NCBI GenBank assembly: GCA_022561215.1
Contig: JADFRQ010000011.1
Span: 1,068-65,067 of the forward strand
Length of the DNA stretch: 64,000 nt
Source of the DNA: Chloroflexota bacterium
Lineage (GTDB): Bacteria > Chloroflexota > Anaerolineae > Anaerolineales > E44-bin32
Direction of reading: 5' to 3'
The notes beneath the pieces are model-generated. The model made no database searches, was not told the origin of the DNA, and saw only the letters and a list, made by a program, of their open reading frames with translations. Shown piece by piece: positions 38,805 through 47,641 of this stretch. Numbering within the stretch: the stretch's first letter is position 1; each line of letters opens with the position of its first letter. The position numbers were made by a program, and so were the translations under genes.

Positions 38805-39719
38805 TTAAACATGGAGGATGGCCAGGATAGGCGTTAGGGTGAGAGGGCTAAGCACCGTAGTTACCAGTATGACCCCGGTGACAAATTCTGGTTCCACATT
38901 GTATTCAATCGCGATAATGGATGTCAGCACGGCGGTCGGCATCGCCGCTTCCAATATGCCGGCTTGCATTGAAATTCCTTGCAGTCCAAATAATGGCGCC
39001 AGGCGGATAGCAATAAATGGGGAGACAATTAGCCGCAATGTGAGTGCAATTGCCAGGAGCCTCCGATTTATTTTTGGCATTCCATAACGTGCAATTTGCA
39101 TTCCCAGGAAAATGAGCATGCTCGGAATGGCGGCTGCAGATAGCAGATCAATGGGCCGCGAAATAGCATCCGGCAGTGTGGTCGTTGTGGCACGCAGGGT
39201 AAGGGCAAGAGGGATTGCGTAGACTACCGGAACCCTTAACAAAGCGAGCAATGCATTCGCCGGGCGCATGCTGCCTGCGGCGGCAATGTAGATGCCGAAT
39301 GAATTGGCGACAAGCGCGCTGGTTATAAAAAAGATGCTCGCCCAAGCCGCCGCTTCATTTCCTAAAGCAAAAGTGTTTAACGAAAGCCCATAGTTACCTG
39401 CGTTTGCGAAGATGGTTGTCAACAATAGGGCACTTAGTAGTCCCGCAGGAAGGCTGAGCAATTTACCAATCGTCCAACTGAGCAGACCGACAGCAGCCAT
39501 GCTGCTCGCTGCAAAAAGGGCCATTTGTGCCATTTGCACGGCCTGGATGGGGGTCGTGATTAGAAGCTTGAATATAAGCGCAGGGGCAAATACATAGAAA
39601 ATAACCTGGGATAGCGGTCGAGCAGCGATGTGTAATTTTTTTTGAAATAAATAGCCGACAAGAACGATGAGTAGGATAGGAAGTAAATTATCAGCAAATT
39701 GGTTTAGCAGGGAAGTCAA
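38805..39719 (-). CDS. AEC (auxin efflux carrier) family transporter
   Basis: About 10 TM segments in a 5+5 arrangement with a short central loop, typical size (304 aa) and composition. Confidence 0.7.
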   Translation of the reverse strand: MTSLLNQFADNLLPILLIVLVGYLFQKKLHIAARPLSQVIFYVFAPALIFKLLITTPIQAVQMAQMALFAASSMAAVGLLSWTIGKLLSLPAGLLSALLLTTIFANAGNYGLSLNTFALGNEAAAWASIFFITSALVANSFGIYIAAAGSMRPANALLALLRVPVVYAIPLALTLRATTTTLPDAISRPIDLLSAAAIPSMLIFLGMQIARYGMPKINRRLLAIALTLRLIVSPFIAIRLAPLFGLQGISMQAGILEAAMPTAVLTSIIAIEYNVEPEFVTGVILVTTVLSPLTLTPILAILHV

Positions 39720-40687
39720 GTACCAAGTTCCTGTCCCGCGATGCTATCGCTGGGGACCATATCCCGAGTGCTGTTGGTAAAATCCAAATTATCGAGCGCA
39801 TCCTGAAGAAAGAGAAGCTCTATTTCCTCGTCATCCGCACTATCCATAAGCGAACTTAATGCCCGAGTCGCTGATGAACCTCCAATTTGACTGATTGACC
39901 ATGTGGCTGCTCGCCGAACAAGTGGATTAACATCGTCAAGCAATTCGATCAATTCCGGTATGGCTTCCCTGATTTCAAGTTCGCCTGCCGCTACGGCAGA
40001 CTTATTACGCAGGGCAGGGGATTGGCTATGCAAATGTCTGCTAATGGTTTCAGCCCAATGCTCATCTGCAGATCGGCCCATGGCGAGTAACGCGGATTGA
40101 ATCAGATCCTCATCTTCGGAATTGTAGGCATCCAGGATTATCTGATCTACCTCTTCACGAGAGGAATAGCCCAATGATTCTATACAGCCGCACTGAATAA
40201 GCATTGCGCTTTCGCGACGCAACGAATTAAGTAAGGCTTCTTCTGCATCGACAAGAAACTGGCGAGGATAACTATCCGTTTCGCCCTTTAAAATAAATGG
40301 CCCTAAAGCCTTCGCCGCAGACGCGCGGACTTCAATAGATGGATCATCGAGCAGGTTAGAAATGAGCGTGGGGATAAGTTGATAATCATCCGATTCCCAT
40401 AAATTGCGGATTGCCAGGTGTCTAACATCAGCTTCAGAATCCATGATCGCAAATCGATTAAGGGCGTCAAAAGATAACTTGAAATCATCGGCGGCAAGGT
40501 TGCCAAGGGCTTCCAGCAATTGCTTCCTCTTGTTAGGGGGAATATTTTCCCAGTGTTCGTCGAGGAATTCAATTCCCGCTTGATCGAGATCGGATAACTC
40601 CGCTAGCCAATCGGATGATGGCAATTTCTCATCATCGACAAGGAGGTCGATGAGTTCCTTTGATTTATTGGTCATAGGGGTGCCCAT
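39716..40687 (-). CDS. HEAT-repeat protein
   Basis: Repeated D..VR..A..ALG-type units: EVRASAAKALGPF, PLVRRAATWSISQIGG, DVRHLAIRNLWES. 4-nt overlap with the downstream transporter gene. Confidence 0.8.
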   Translation of the reverse strand: MGTPMTNKSKELIDLLVDDEKLPSSDWLAELSDLDQAGIEFLDEHWENIPPNKRKQLLEALGNLAADDFKLSFDALNRFAIMDSEADVRHLAIRNLWESDDYQLIPTLISNLLDDPSIEVRASAAKALGPFILKGETDSYPRQFLVDAEEALLNSLRRESAMLIQCGCIESLGYSSREEVDQIILDAYNSEDEDLIQSALLAMGRSADEHWAETISRHLHSQSPALRNKSAVAAGELEIREAIPELIELLDDVNPLVRRAATWSISQIGGSSATRALSSLMDSADDEEIELLFLQDALDNLDFTNSTRDMVPSDSIAGQELGT

Positions 40688-40695
40688 ATAAAATT

Positions 40696-41742
40696 TTAAG
40701 GGAGCAAAATGGGATTAACAAAATCCAAGAAATTAACATAGATGAGTATAGCAATTAGTACAGCAAATCCGATCGTGTGTGCCAAACCTTCATAACGCGG
40801 ATTGATTCTTTTTCCAAGCACAAATTCCAGAAAAACAAAGATCAAACGGCCACCGTCAAGCGCGGGGAATGGCAAAAGGTTTGCAATCGCAAGACCAGCG
40901 CTGATGACGCCAATCAAATTTAAAGTCAGGAATGGACGTTGTGAAGAGCGGTCGATTGCTCCGGCCCATGCGAGCATATCGTACATTCCCTTTAATCCGC
41001 TAATGCGTGCCTGATCCGGCTCGATTTCACCACTAATGAGACGTCCCGGGAGGAGGATAATCTGGCTAAATTGGATCGCAGTAGAGCGGTATCCAAAGTT
41101 TATGGCTTGCCCCCACGAAATTTCACTCGTCGGATGGCCAAGGATAACACCCACTGGGCCTTGATCATCCGGATAAATCTGGCGGGGGATTAGGGCGAGC
41201 GTTTCGAGCTCGCCAGCGCGCTCAATCGTCAGCTGTGTTTGGCGGCCAATTCTCTCCGCAATTGCCTCTACCATGCTTTCAAAGGTAGTGATTTCTACTC
41301 GATCGACAAATAATACTATATCGCCCGGAAGAATTCCTGCTTCATATGCCGGTGTATTTTCAAGTACATTCGTGATCAAAACTATTTCATTGTCGGGGGC
41401 GGCAAATCGGAAGGCAAACGTGAAGGCAAGAAGGGCAAGCAGAACATTGGCAAAGGGTCCGGCCAAGAGCACAGCAGTTCGAACGCGTTTGGAAGAAATT
41501 GCAAAACCACCTTCCACCTCAGGATCATTCTCGCCCGCAATACGAACGAAACCACCGAAAGGAAGCCAATTAAGTGAAAATCTCGTCCCGGCAGCATGAA
41601 AAAGAGTTAACATACGGGGAGGGAAGCCAAGGCCAAATTCATCCACGCGCACACCGAGCAATCGGGCGATAAAAAAATGTCCCGACTCATGCCCAATGAT
41701 TAAGCCACCAATGACGAGTATAAAAATCAGAAAATCTGACAA
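40696..41742 (-). CDS. rseP: Site-2 protease, M50 family (RseP/RasP-like) with PDZ domain
   Basis: HExxH in TM1 (GHESGHFFIARLLG), PDZ region AGILPGDIVLFVD, and C-terminal NLLPFPALDGGR motif. Confidence 0.9.
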   Translation of the reverse strand: MSDFLIFILVIGGLIIGHESGHFFIARLLGVRVDEFGLGFPPRMLTLFHAAGTRFSLNWLPFGGFVRIAGENDPEVEGGFAISSKRVRTAVLLAGPFANVLLALLAFTFAFRFAAPDNEIVLITNVLENTPAYEAGILPGDIVLFVDRVEITTFESMVEAIAERIGRQTQLTIERAGELETLALIPRQIYPDDQGPVGVILGHPTSEISWGQAINFGYRSTAIQFSQIILLPGRLISGEIEPDQARISGLKGMYDMLAWAGAIDRSSQRPFLTLNLIGVISAGLAIANLLPFPALDGGRLIFVFLEFVLGKRINPRYEGLAHTIGFAVLIAILIYVNFLDFVNPILLP

Positions 41743-41804
41743 AACCTAACCCTCGCAAGAACGAAAATAATGGATCGAATTATATCACTCTCAACAACCT
41801 GCGC

Positions 41805-42773
41805 TCATAGGAGATGGGCACCATTGCCTTGAGCGCAGAGGATGACTTCCTGAACTCCAGGAAGTTTTTTGAGTCTATGTTCCACCTCGTTGGCTGATGC
41901 AGGTGTACAAAGACAGTGTACATTCGGTCCCGCGTCGATCGTATAACACACCTCCAGTTTTTCTGATTGCCACGATTTGACCGCTTGCATAATTCGTACC
42001 GTCTCCGGAGTCCAGTAGAGCAGCGCTGGAGTGGAGGTCTGCATGACAGAGTGCATTAAATTGCTGTCTAATTCGACAATTTGGCACAATAACTCAAAAT
42101 CCTTGTCCTTAATCGCTGCGCGGCATAAGGCCAGGCGTCGTGGAGTGTCGGAAACTCTGGCCGTCTGCAAAGGACTGCTCTCGGCGATTTTATGGCCGCG
42201 CGTCGATCCGTAAGGCTTCTCAGATTGATCAACAAGAGCGATTAAATCCATTAACTCCCAATCTTTTCCAATTGATAAAGGCTGGGAAAAGGAGTCTGCA
42301 TCGTCTGTTCCCACAAACCATTCGACGAAAGCACCGTAAAGCGATCGACATGCAGAACCGGAACCGCGGCGAGCGATTCTTGAAAGTGTTTTCGTATCCA
42401 AATCCAATCCGGCGGCCTGGGCGGCAGCCACACTAAGCGCCGCAAAAGCCGCCGAAGAGGAGGCAATTCCAGCAGCAATTGCAAAATTGGAAGAGCTAGT
42501 CACTCTTGCGAGGTGATGCGTGTTGGCAAGGGAGCGAATATGGTTTAGGAGGTCGGATACGCGATCTGATGCACGTTTTGATGCTTTTTGACCATTAATA
42601 AACAGCTCATCAGCGCTTAAGTGGGAGTCAAATTGCACAGTGGTTTGGGTTTCTAATCCGGCCAATGTCATTGAGATCGAACCATTCGAAGGCAAGCGCA
42701 GGGTGTGATCTCGGTTCCCCCAGTATTTGATTAGAGCAATATTAGGGTGTGCTATAGCTGTAACGGGGTTCAA
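41805..42773 (-). CDS. mvaD: (Di)phosphomevalonate decarboxylase, GHMP kinase superfamily
   Basis: NIALIKYWGNRD N-terminal signature, GIASSSAAFAAL (GHMP motif II-like) and RRGSGSACRSLYG. Confidence 0.85.
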   Translation of the reverse strand: MNPVTAIAHPNIALIKYWGNRDHTLRLPSNGSISMTLAGLETQTTVQFDSHLSADELFINGQKASKRASDRVSDLLNHIRSLANTHHLARVTSSSNFAIAAGIASSSAAFAALSVAAAQAAGLDLDTKTLSRIARRGSGSACRSLYGAFVEWFVGTDDADSFSQPLSIGKDWELMDLIALVDQSEKPYGSTRGHKIAESSPLQTARVSDTPRRLALCRAAIKDKDFELLCQIVELDSNLMHSVMQTSTPALLYWTPETVRIMQAVKSWQSEKLEVCYTIDAGPNVHCLCTPASANEVEHRLKKLPGVQEVILCAQGNGAHLL

Positions 42774-43033
42774 TTTTTTCCTGCCATCCCGAGGAGTCTA
42801 CCATGAACAAAAGGGAAATGACCTTCCTAATATCGTGCTTCCGCTTACCTTTGGAGCAATCCGGGTTGCCCTTTTCTCAGGGAAGTGTATGATAACGCGG
42901 TATTTGAGTCGAGGCGCGGCCTGCTGCCAGGTTGTATGGAGTTTCCTGACTGAATTCAGTGCTTTTCGCGGCAGGCATCGGTCAAGGGCACTTTTTGCGA
43001 TAGAGATTGCAGTAGTCGATAAGGAGCGAGAGC

Positions 43034-43189
43034 ATGAGGACAGCGCGTACCATGGGAAATCTCGTATTTGGTGTTTGGCTTCTTCTATGGGGATTGGTGC
43101 AGATCATTGATATCCCATTTCCCCTAAGTAATATAATTCTTGGCGCGTTAGCGGTTGTCGCGGGGATGCTGCTCTTACTTGGTCTATAA
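43034..43189 (+). CDS. Candidate 51-aa two-TM micro-protein
   Basis: AAGGAG at 43021-43026, 7 nt before ATG 43034. Translates to MRTARTMGNLVFGVWLLLWGLVQIIDIPFPLSNIILGALAVVAGMLLLLGL. Below the ORF-track size cutoff. Confidence 0.35.
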   Translation: MRTARTMGNLVFGVWLLLWGLVQIIDIPFPLSNIILGALAVVAGMLLLLGL

Positions 43190-43529
43190 AGCGAATAATT
43201 CCTGCAAACAATTTTTTATTTTCGCGCTAGTCGTCCCCGCCATACAACATCGTGGAAGGTTGCCGACAGTTTAATTTACCCCTTGATCCCTTAACAATCC
43301 ACCCCTAAAAGTACTCTTCTACTATACACATTTACGATGCCGCAGCGCTGTGCATGATCTTGCCACATCCGCATTGCACGGGCCGATAAATTCTAAAGCC
43401 GTACACGCGTAAGATATCTAAACCATGCCACGTCTATTAAGCGATGAAGTTTCGTATGCGCTATTGTGCAGGTTGAAGCTCTGATAATTGAACGAGATGG
43501 ATAAGAATTAACAGATTTGGAGGGAAGGA

Positions 43530-43883
43530 ATGACTGATAAACCAATTCACATCAGCGATGCTGAGTTTGAGGAGAAAGTACTTAATTCAAAGCTTCCTGT
43601 AATTGTGGACTTTTGGGCCCCTTGGTGCGGTCCATGTCGAATGGTAGCACCAATTTTGGACAGAATTGCAACGGATTATGCAGGAAAATTAATCGTTACA
43701 AAGGTAAACACCGATGAAAACTCGGAATGGGCGATTAAGTACGGAGTTCAGGGGATACCGACGTTGCTCTTTATAAAAGATGGCGAGGTCATCCGCGAGC
43801 AGGTTGGCGCGTTGCAGGAGACTCATCTTCGAGAACTGGTGGATAGTGTTTTCGCTGATTCGGAGGTCGTAGCTGCCGCCTAA
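43530..43883 (+). CDS. trxA: Thioredoxin
   Basis: VDFWAPWCGPCRM active site and GIPTLLFIKDG cis-Pro loop. GGAGGGAAGG RBS. Confidence 0.95.
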   Translation: MTDKPIHISDAEFEEKVLNSKLPVIVDFWAPWCGPCRMVAPILDRIATDYAGKLIVTKVNTDENSEWAIKYGVQGIPTLLFIKDGEVIREQVGALQETHLRELVDSVFADSEVVAAA

Positions 43884-43924
43884 TCGAAGGATTCGATGAA
43901 ATAAAGCAAAGGTAAATGCATAGA

Positions 43925-44137
43925 GGGCTGTCCCAAAAAGAGCGATTTTGGTATGTGCCCAATCAAAAACCAGCAGTAAGGGCGACTGGCCCGAGCTTTA
44001 GCTCGCAGCTTTAGCTCGCAGCTTTAGCTCGCAGCTTTAGCTCGCCGGTGCCCTTACACCTGTGATCGGACAGCGCTACTTGAAAGAATTCGCTTCTCTA
44101 TCCTACTATCGAATGTATTGCCCTTTTGGGACAGCCC
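43925..44137. repeat. Inverted-repeat-bounded 213-bp intergenic element
   Basis: GGGCTGTCCCAAAA (43925-43938) is the reverse complement of TTTTGGGACAGCCC (44124-44137). An inner pair GTAAGGGC (43976-43983) / GCCCTTAC (44050-44057) brackets the tandem repeat. Confidence 0.6.
43994..44045. repeat. Perfect 13-bp tandem repeat, 4 copies (AGCTTTAGCTCGC)
   Basis: Read directly: four identical head-to-tail units. Confidence 0.97.
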
Positions 44138-44198
44138 GTTTGTTTCAATCTCCTAAGGTTTTCGCGCTCGCTCGCTGCCAACAAAATATGAGGGGAGG

Positions 44199-44272
44199 GG
44201 TGGCTGAGGGGATTTGAACCCCCAACCGCCGCATCCACAGTGCGGAGCTCTGCCTGTTGAGCTACAGCCACC
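44199..44272 (-). tRNA. tRNA-His (anticodon GTG) with encoded G-1
   Basis: Hand-folded on the minus strand: G(-1)+GTGGCTG/CAGCCAC acceptor, anticodon stem CCGCA/TGCGG with loop CTGTGGA, T-arm GGGGG-TTCAAAT-CCCCT, discriminator C. CCA is not encoded. Confidence 0.9.
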
Positions 44273-44292
44273 AAAGCGCGTGGATTCTATCA

Positions 44293-45570
44293 TTAAGTAG
44301 TTGCCCGCTCAAGCGACCTGCGCAAATGTTCGATGAGATCATCCTGATTTATCTGATCCTGTTCCCCGCTCTTGAGATTTTTTAAAGCGACAATTCCATT
44401 TTTTGCTTCATCCGGGCCTAAAATGAGCGCAAATGGGATCCCCTGTCGATCTGCGTATTTGAACTGCCGATTGAGGCGATGGGGCTCGGGATACCATTCT
44501 GCTTTTATTCCCGCCGCCCGAAGTTTCGCGGCGAGAGAAAGCGTTTCGTTGCGAAGATTTTCTTCAAAATAAATGACCAGAATATCGGAGGGGTTTACTT
44601 GTAATTCCGGTAATAAAGAATAATTCTCAAGTACAAGGCGGAGGACAACATCCCCCATAGCAAATCCAACACCGGGAAGTGATTGGCCGCCAACTTCGGC
44701 GACAAGATTGTCGTATCTGCCTCCCCCCAATATTGCTCGCTCTGATGCACCGATATCGCGAGCTTCAAAAACGGTTCCAGTATAGTAGTCTAGTCCTCGT
44801 ATGACGGTAGGATCGTATTGAAGATATTTTGATATATTAAGCGCATCAGCGGCAGCAAAAAAAGCGCTGAGTTCTTCGGAATCTGCCCATGCCTCCTCCC
44901 TGGCAAGTATGCTCTTAATTCGATTTACCTCATTCGGATCAAATCCTAGTTTTTGGCCGTACTCCTGCCATTTTTGAATCCCCATCTTGTCTTTGCGGTC
45001 GATATATCGAAATATTTGGGAATACTGCGCCGCGGGAAACCCTGCACGGTTAAGCTGGGATTCCATCAGGTGTCTATTGTTGATAAAGATGCGCACTTGG
45101 TCTGAATTAAGATTCAATTTCTCAAAAAAAGCCGCCAGCACAGCGACAATTTCGGCATCTGCCTGAGCCGAATCGACCCCGAGTAAATCGATATTCCACT
45201 GGAAAAATTCTCGGCTGCGGCCTCGCTGAGGTTTTTCATAACGCCAAAATGGCCCGAAAGACCACCAGCGAATGGGAGGTTGAAGGTTTCTGCCAAGTGC
45301 GGCTACCATGCGGGCAAGCGAAGGGGTAAGCTCAGGGCGCAAGACGATCTGTTCGCCACCTCGATCTTCGAAAACGTAGGCTTGTTCCCTTACAAGTTCA
45401 TCCCCTGATTTAGCTGCATACAATTCAAGGCGTTCCAAGAAAGGAGCCTCGTATTCTTGATAGCCGAAAGACTCGGATACCTGGCGGATAGCGCCATGCA
45501 GCCATGTTCGGAATGCCATATTTTCGGGATAATAATCTCGGGTTCCCTTAACGGGCTTAATCATACGCAT
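44293..45570 (-). CDS. hisS: Histidine--tRNA ligase
   Basis: KGTRDYYP, class II motif 2 FGPFWRYEKPQRGRSREF, motif 3 region GGGRYDNL, and a C-terminal anticodon-binding domain. Confidence 0.95.
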   Translation of the reverse strand: MRMIKPVKGTRDYYPENMAFRTWLHGAIRQVSESFGYQEYEAPFLERLELYAAKSGDELVREQAYVFEDRGGEQIVLRPELTPSLARMVAALGRNLQPPIRWWSFGPFWRYEKPQRGRSREFFQWNIDLLGVDSAQADAEIVAVLAAFFEKLNLNSDQVRIFINNRHLMESQLNRAGFPAAQYSQIFRYIDRKDKMGIQKWQEYGQKLGFDPNEVNRIKSILAREEAWADSEELSAFFAAADALNISKYLQYDPTVIRGLDYYTGTVFEARDIGASERAILGGGRYDNLVAEVGGQSLPGVGFAMGDVVLRLVLENYSLLPELQVNPSDILVIYFEENLRNETLSLAAKLRAAGIKAEWYPEPHRLNRQFKYADRQGIPFALILGPDEAKNGIVALKNLKSGEQDQINQDDLIEHLRRSLERATT

Positions 45571-45579
45571 ACGCCTTGA

Positions 45580-46023
45580 TTAAGGGATAATCGAAGCGTT
45601 ATTTTGGGGGAGCTGCACGACCGGATCGCCAACCCGAATCGTCCCTTCCTCGAGCACGCGCACCAACAGACCTCGCTCGCCATCAATATCATCGCGCATT
45701 CCGGGATGAAGTTCGTTGAGCATATCGCATGGCTTGCAGTCGGTTGTAACTTCGAGCAAAGTATCGCCAATACGGAGTAGGGATCCAGATTGGATAGCTG
45801 AAAGTTGCATGCCGGAAACAACAAGATTCTCCCGCAAATCACCTGGGTTAACCTTAAAGCGCTTCAGAATTGATTGCTCTACGATGAGGATCTGTCTTTT
45901 CTTTTTGCCATACGATGCGTCCCCTATGATTCCTTCGTACGCTATCGTCTGCAGGTCGGCAACTTGATGCATCGGTTGACCATGGTTCCGTTTAATAAAT
46001 AAATTTTCTACTTTTCCACTCAT
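45580..46023 (-). CDS. MOSC-domain protein
   Basis: Beta-barrel MOSC pattern RQILIVEQS...PGDLRENLVVSG...LRIGD..LEVT..C.PC. AAGGAA RBS precedes the internal ATG 46023, and the longer ORF reaches 46092. Confidence 0.8.
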   Translation of the reverse strand: MSGKVENLFIKRNHGQPMHQVADLQTIAYEGIIGDASYGKKKRQILIVEQSILKRFKVNPGDLRENLVVSGMQLSAIQSGSLLRIGDTLLEVTTDCKPCDMLNELHPGMRDDIDGERGLLVRVLEEGTIRVGDPVVQLPQNNASIIP

Positions 46024-46108
46024 GACAGTTCCTTTGAGCTGATTTGGGTTTTCCAGCGTGATATGCTTATACGATATTTGCGTTAAAACCAATGACTAAG
46101 GTAGATCT

Positions 46109-47641
46109 ATGGCCGGCCTGCCTATCATGTTTCTTCTCCTTACGGCAATTCTACTCTGGCTCATACGACGAAGCCATATCCGTGTGCTCTGGATGGTGTC
46201 GCTAGCCGGAGTGTTTGCTTCCTGGATCAGCATCCTAATCCTAACATACGCACTTCCTTTGCAATTTGTTTTCCTTCGCGGGCAAACCGACACACATAAT
46301 ACGATTCTAAGGCTGGATTTAACTTCCTGGCCGTTTGTTCTCATCCTGTCCACTTTGTTCCTTTCGTCGCTGCTGAGCACATTTACCAATCGCAATGAGT
46401 TCGCATGGAAGTTTGCGTTTCAATTTATGGTTGTGGCAGCTGCAGGTTTGGCTGCCGCAATGGCAGGAAATGTCTTAAGCTTTGTATTAAGCTGGTCTGT
46501 TCTTGATTTAACAATCCTCGCCATCGGTTTGAATAACGCACGAGATGAATCCGAATGGATGCAAGCGATCCAAAAATTCGGGTTTAGGGCAGCGGCAATA
46601 ATACTTCTGATGGTGGCCGAGTTATTGAATCGAAACGCAGGCGGAACGGAAGATCTGAGGGACATTCGTTCTTTCGCGGTTTTCGGATGCCTATTTATCG
46701 TTTTGCTGCTTCGGTCAGGAAAATTTGGCAAAGATGTGAGCTTGGGAAAATGGCAACCCCCTGCGCTCTCAATGCAGGCGATCTTATCCAGAGTCGCCGC
46801 GTTTTCTCTGCTTGCGCGTGTGTTAACTTCGTCCTTTCATCCATCCATTATTGCTGAACTTAGAATCGCAGGGGTGGCATTCGCGGGCTGGGCGATCGCC
46901 GCTTTGTTGATTAACGGGCAACTCCGGAAGAAAAGGGTTGATCCGGGACTCATTTTTCTAGGTGTAGTCCTACCTATGCAGGCGCAATCTCTGCATTCGC
47001 CCGAGCCGATCGCGGTAAACATGGGAGTCCTATTAATACTTTTGGCAGGGGCGTCTCGTAATCTTAAAACGAGTCGAACCTGGCACATGGTTATCATTGG
47101 CACGCTTGCCCTAATGATTGTCGGAATGCCAGGCTCATTCGGAAGTGCACTTATCCGAATGGCAACACGCATCATTCAAAGCCAAAACCTGGTAGGCTTT
47201 TGGTTGCTTGCTCCGCTGGTACTTATCCTATTTGGGTCGCGAATCATCGTGCAAGGGCTCGATACCATTAAGGAATTTGATTCCCGGGCTGCAGGGCCAT
47301 CCGTGCGAGCCACTTTCGCGATGCTCCTGCTGCCATTTTCGGGCTTTGCCACTTTAATGGTTGACCGTCCGATTACACTGGCGGGAGCTCCAATTTTTAT
47401 CGCTATGGTAGGCGCAATGATAATCAGCCTAATTGCGTTACGCCGGCTCAAAATTATTCCCCACGCCAATCATTATTCCGAATTGATTTCTCGGACGCTC
47501 CGCCCGCTCATAAGAGGAATGTTCCTTCTGTTTCGTCAAGTCGTTCACGGTTCTGCGGTTCTATTTGAAGGTGAAACCGGGATGTTATGGGTTTACGTGA
47601 TATTGCTTTTTTTGTTCGTAACGTTTGGCATCTTGAGCTAA
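46109..47641 (+). CDS. Polytopic membrane protein (510 aa, about 14 TM), possibly a degenerate antiporter-like (NuoL/HyfD-type) subunit
   Basis: Almost entirely hydrophobic. The N-terminal third is laid out like PF00361 proteins (LDLTSWPFVLILSTLF..., FMVVAAAGLAAAMAGNVLSFVLSWSVLDLTIL), but the PxHxWLP signature is absent. Coupled to the next gene by TAATG. Confidence 0.6.
   Translation: MAGLPIMFLLLTAILLWLIRRSHIRVLWMVSLAGVFASWISILILTYALPLQFVFLRGQTDTHNTILRLDLTSWPFVLILSTLFLSSLLSTFTNRNEFAWKFAFQFMVVAAAGLAAAMAGNVLSFVLSWSVLDLTILAIGLNNARDESEWMQAIQKFGFRAAAIILLMVAELLNRNAGGTEDLRDIRSFAVFGCLFIVLLLRSGKFGKDVSLGKWQPPALSMQAILSRVAAFSLLARVLTSSFHPSIIAELRIAGVAFAGWAIAALLINGQLRKKRVDPGLIFLGVVLPMQAQSLHSPEPIAVNMGVLLILLAGASRNLKTSRTWHMVIIGTLALMIVGMPGSFGSALIRMATRIIQSQNLVGFWLLAPLVLILFGSRIIVQGLDTIKEFDSRAAGPSVRATFAMLLLPFSGFATLMVDRPITLAGAPIFIAMVGAMIISLIALRRLKIIPHANHYSELISRTLRPLIRGMFLLFRQVVHGSAVLFEGETGMLWVYVILLFLFVTFGILS

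Noticed and set aside
42727-43110. 127-aa plus-strand ORF
   Set aside because: It begins antisense to the mvaD 5' end, has no SD or motif, and is out of frame with the better-supported micro-ORF at 43034.
43994-44045. Possible CRISPR array
   Set aside because: The units are 13 bp and directly abutting, with no spacers, and there are no cas genes. It is a simple tandem repeat.
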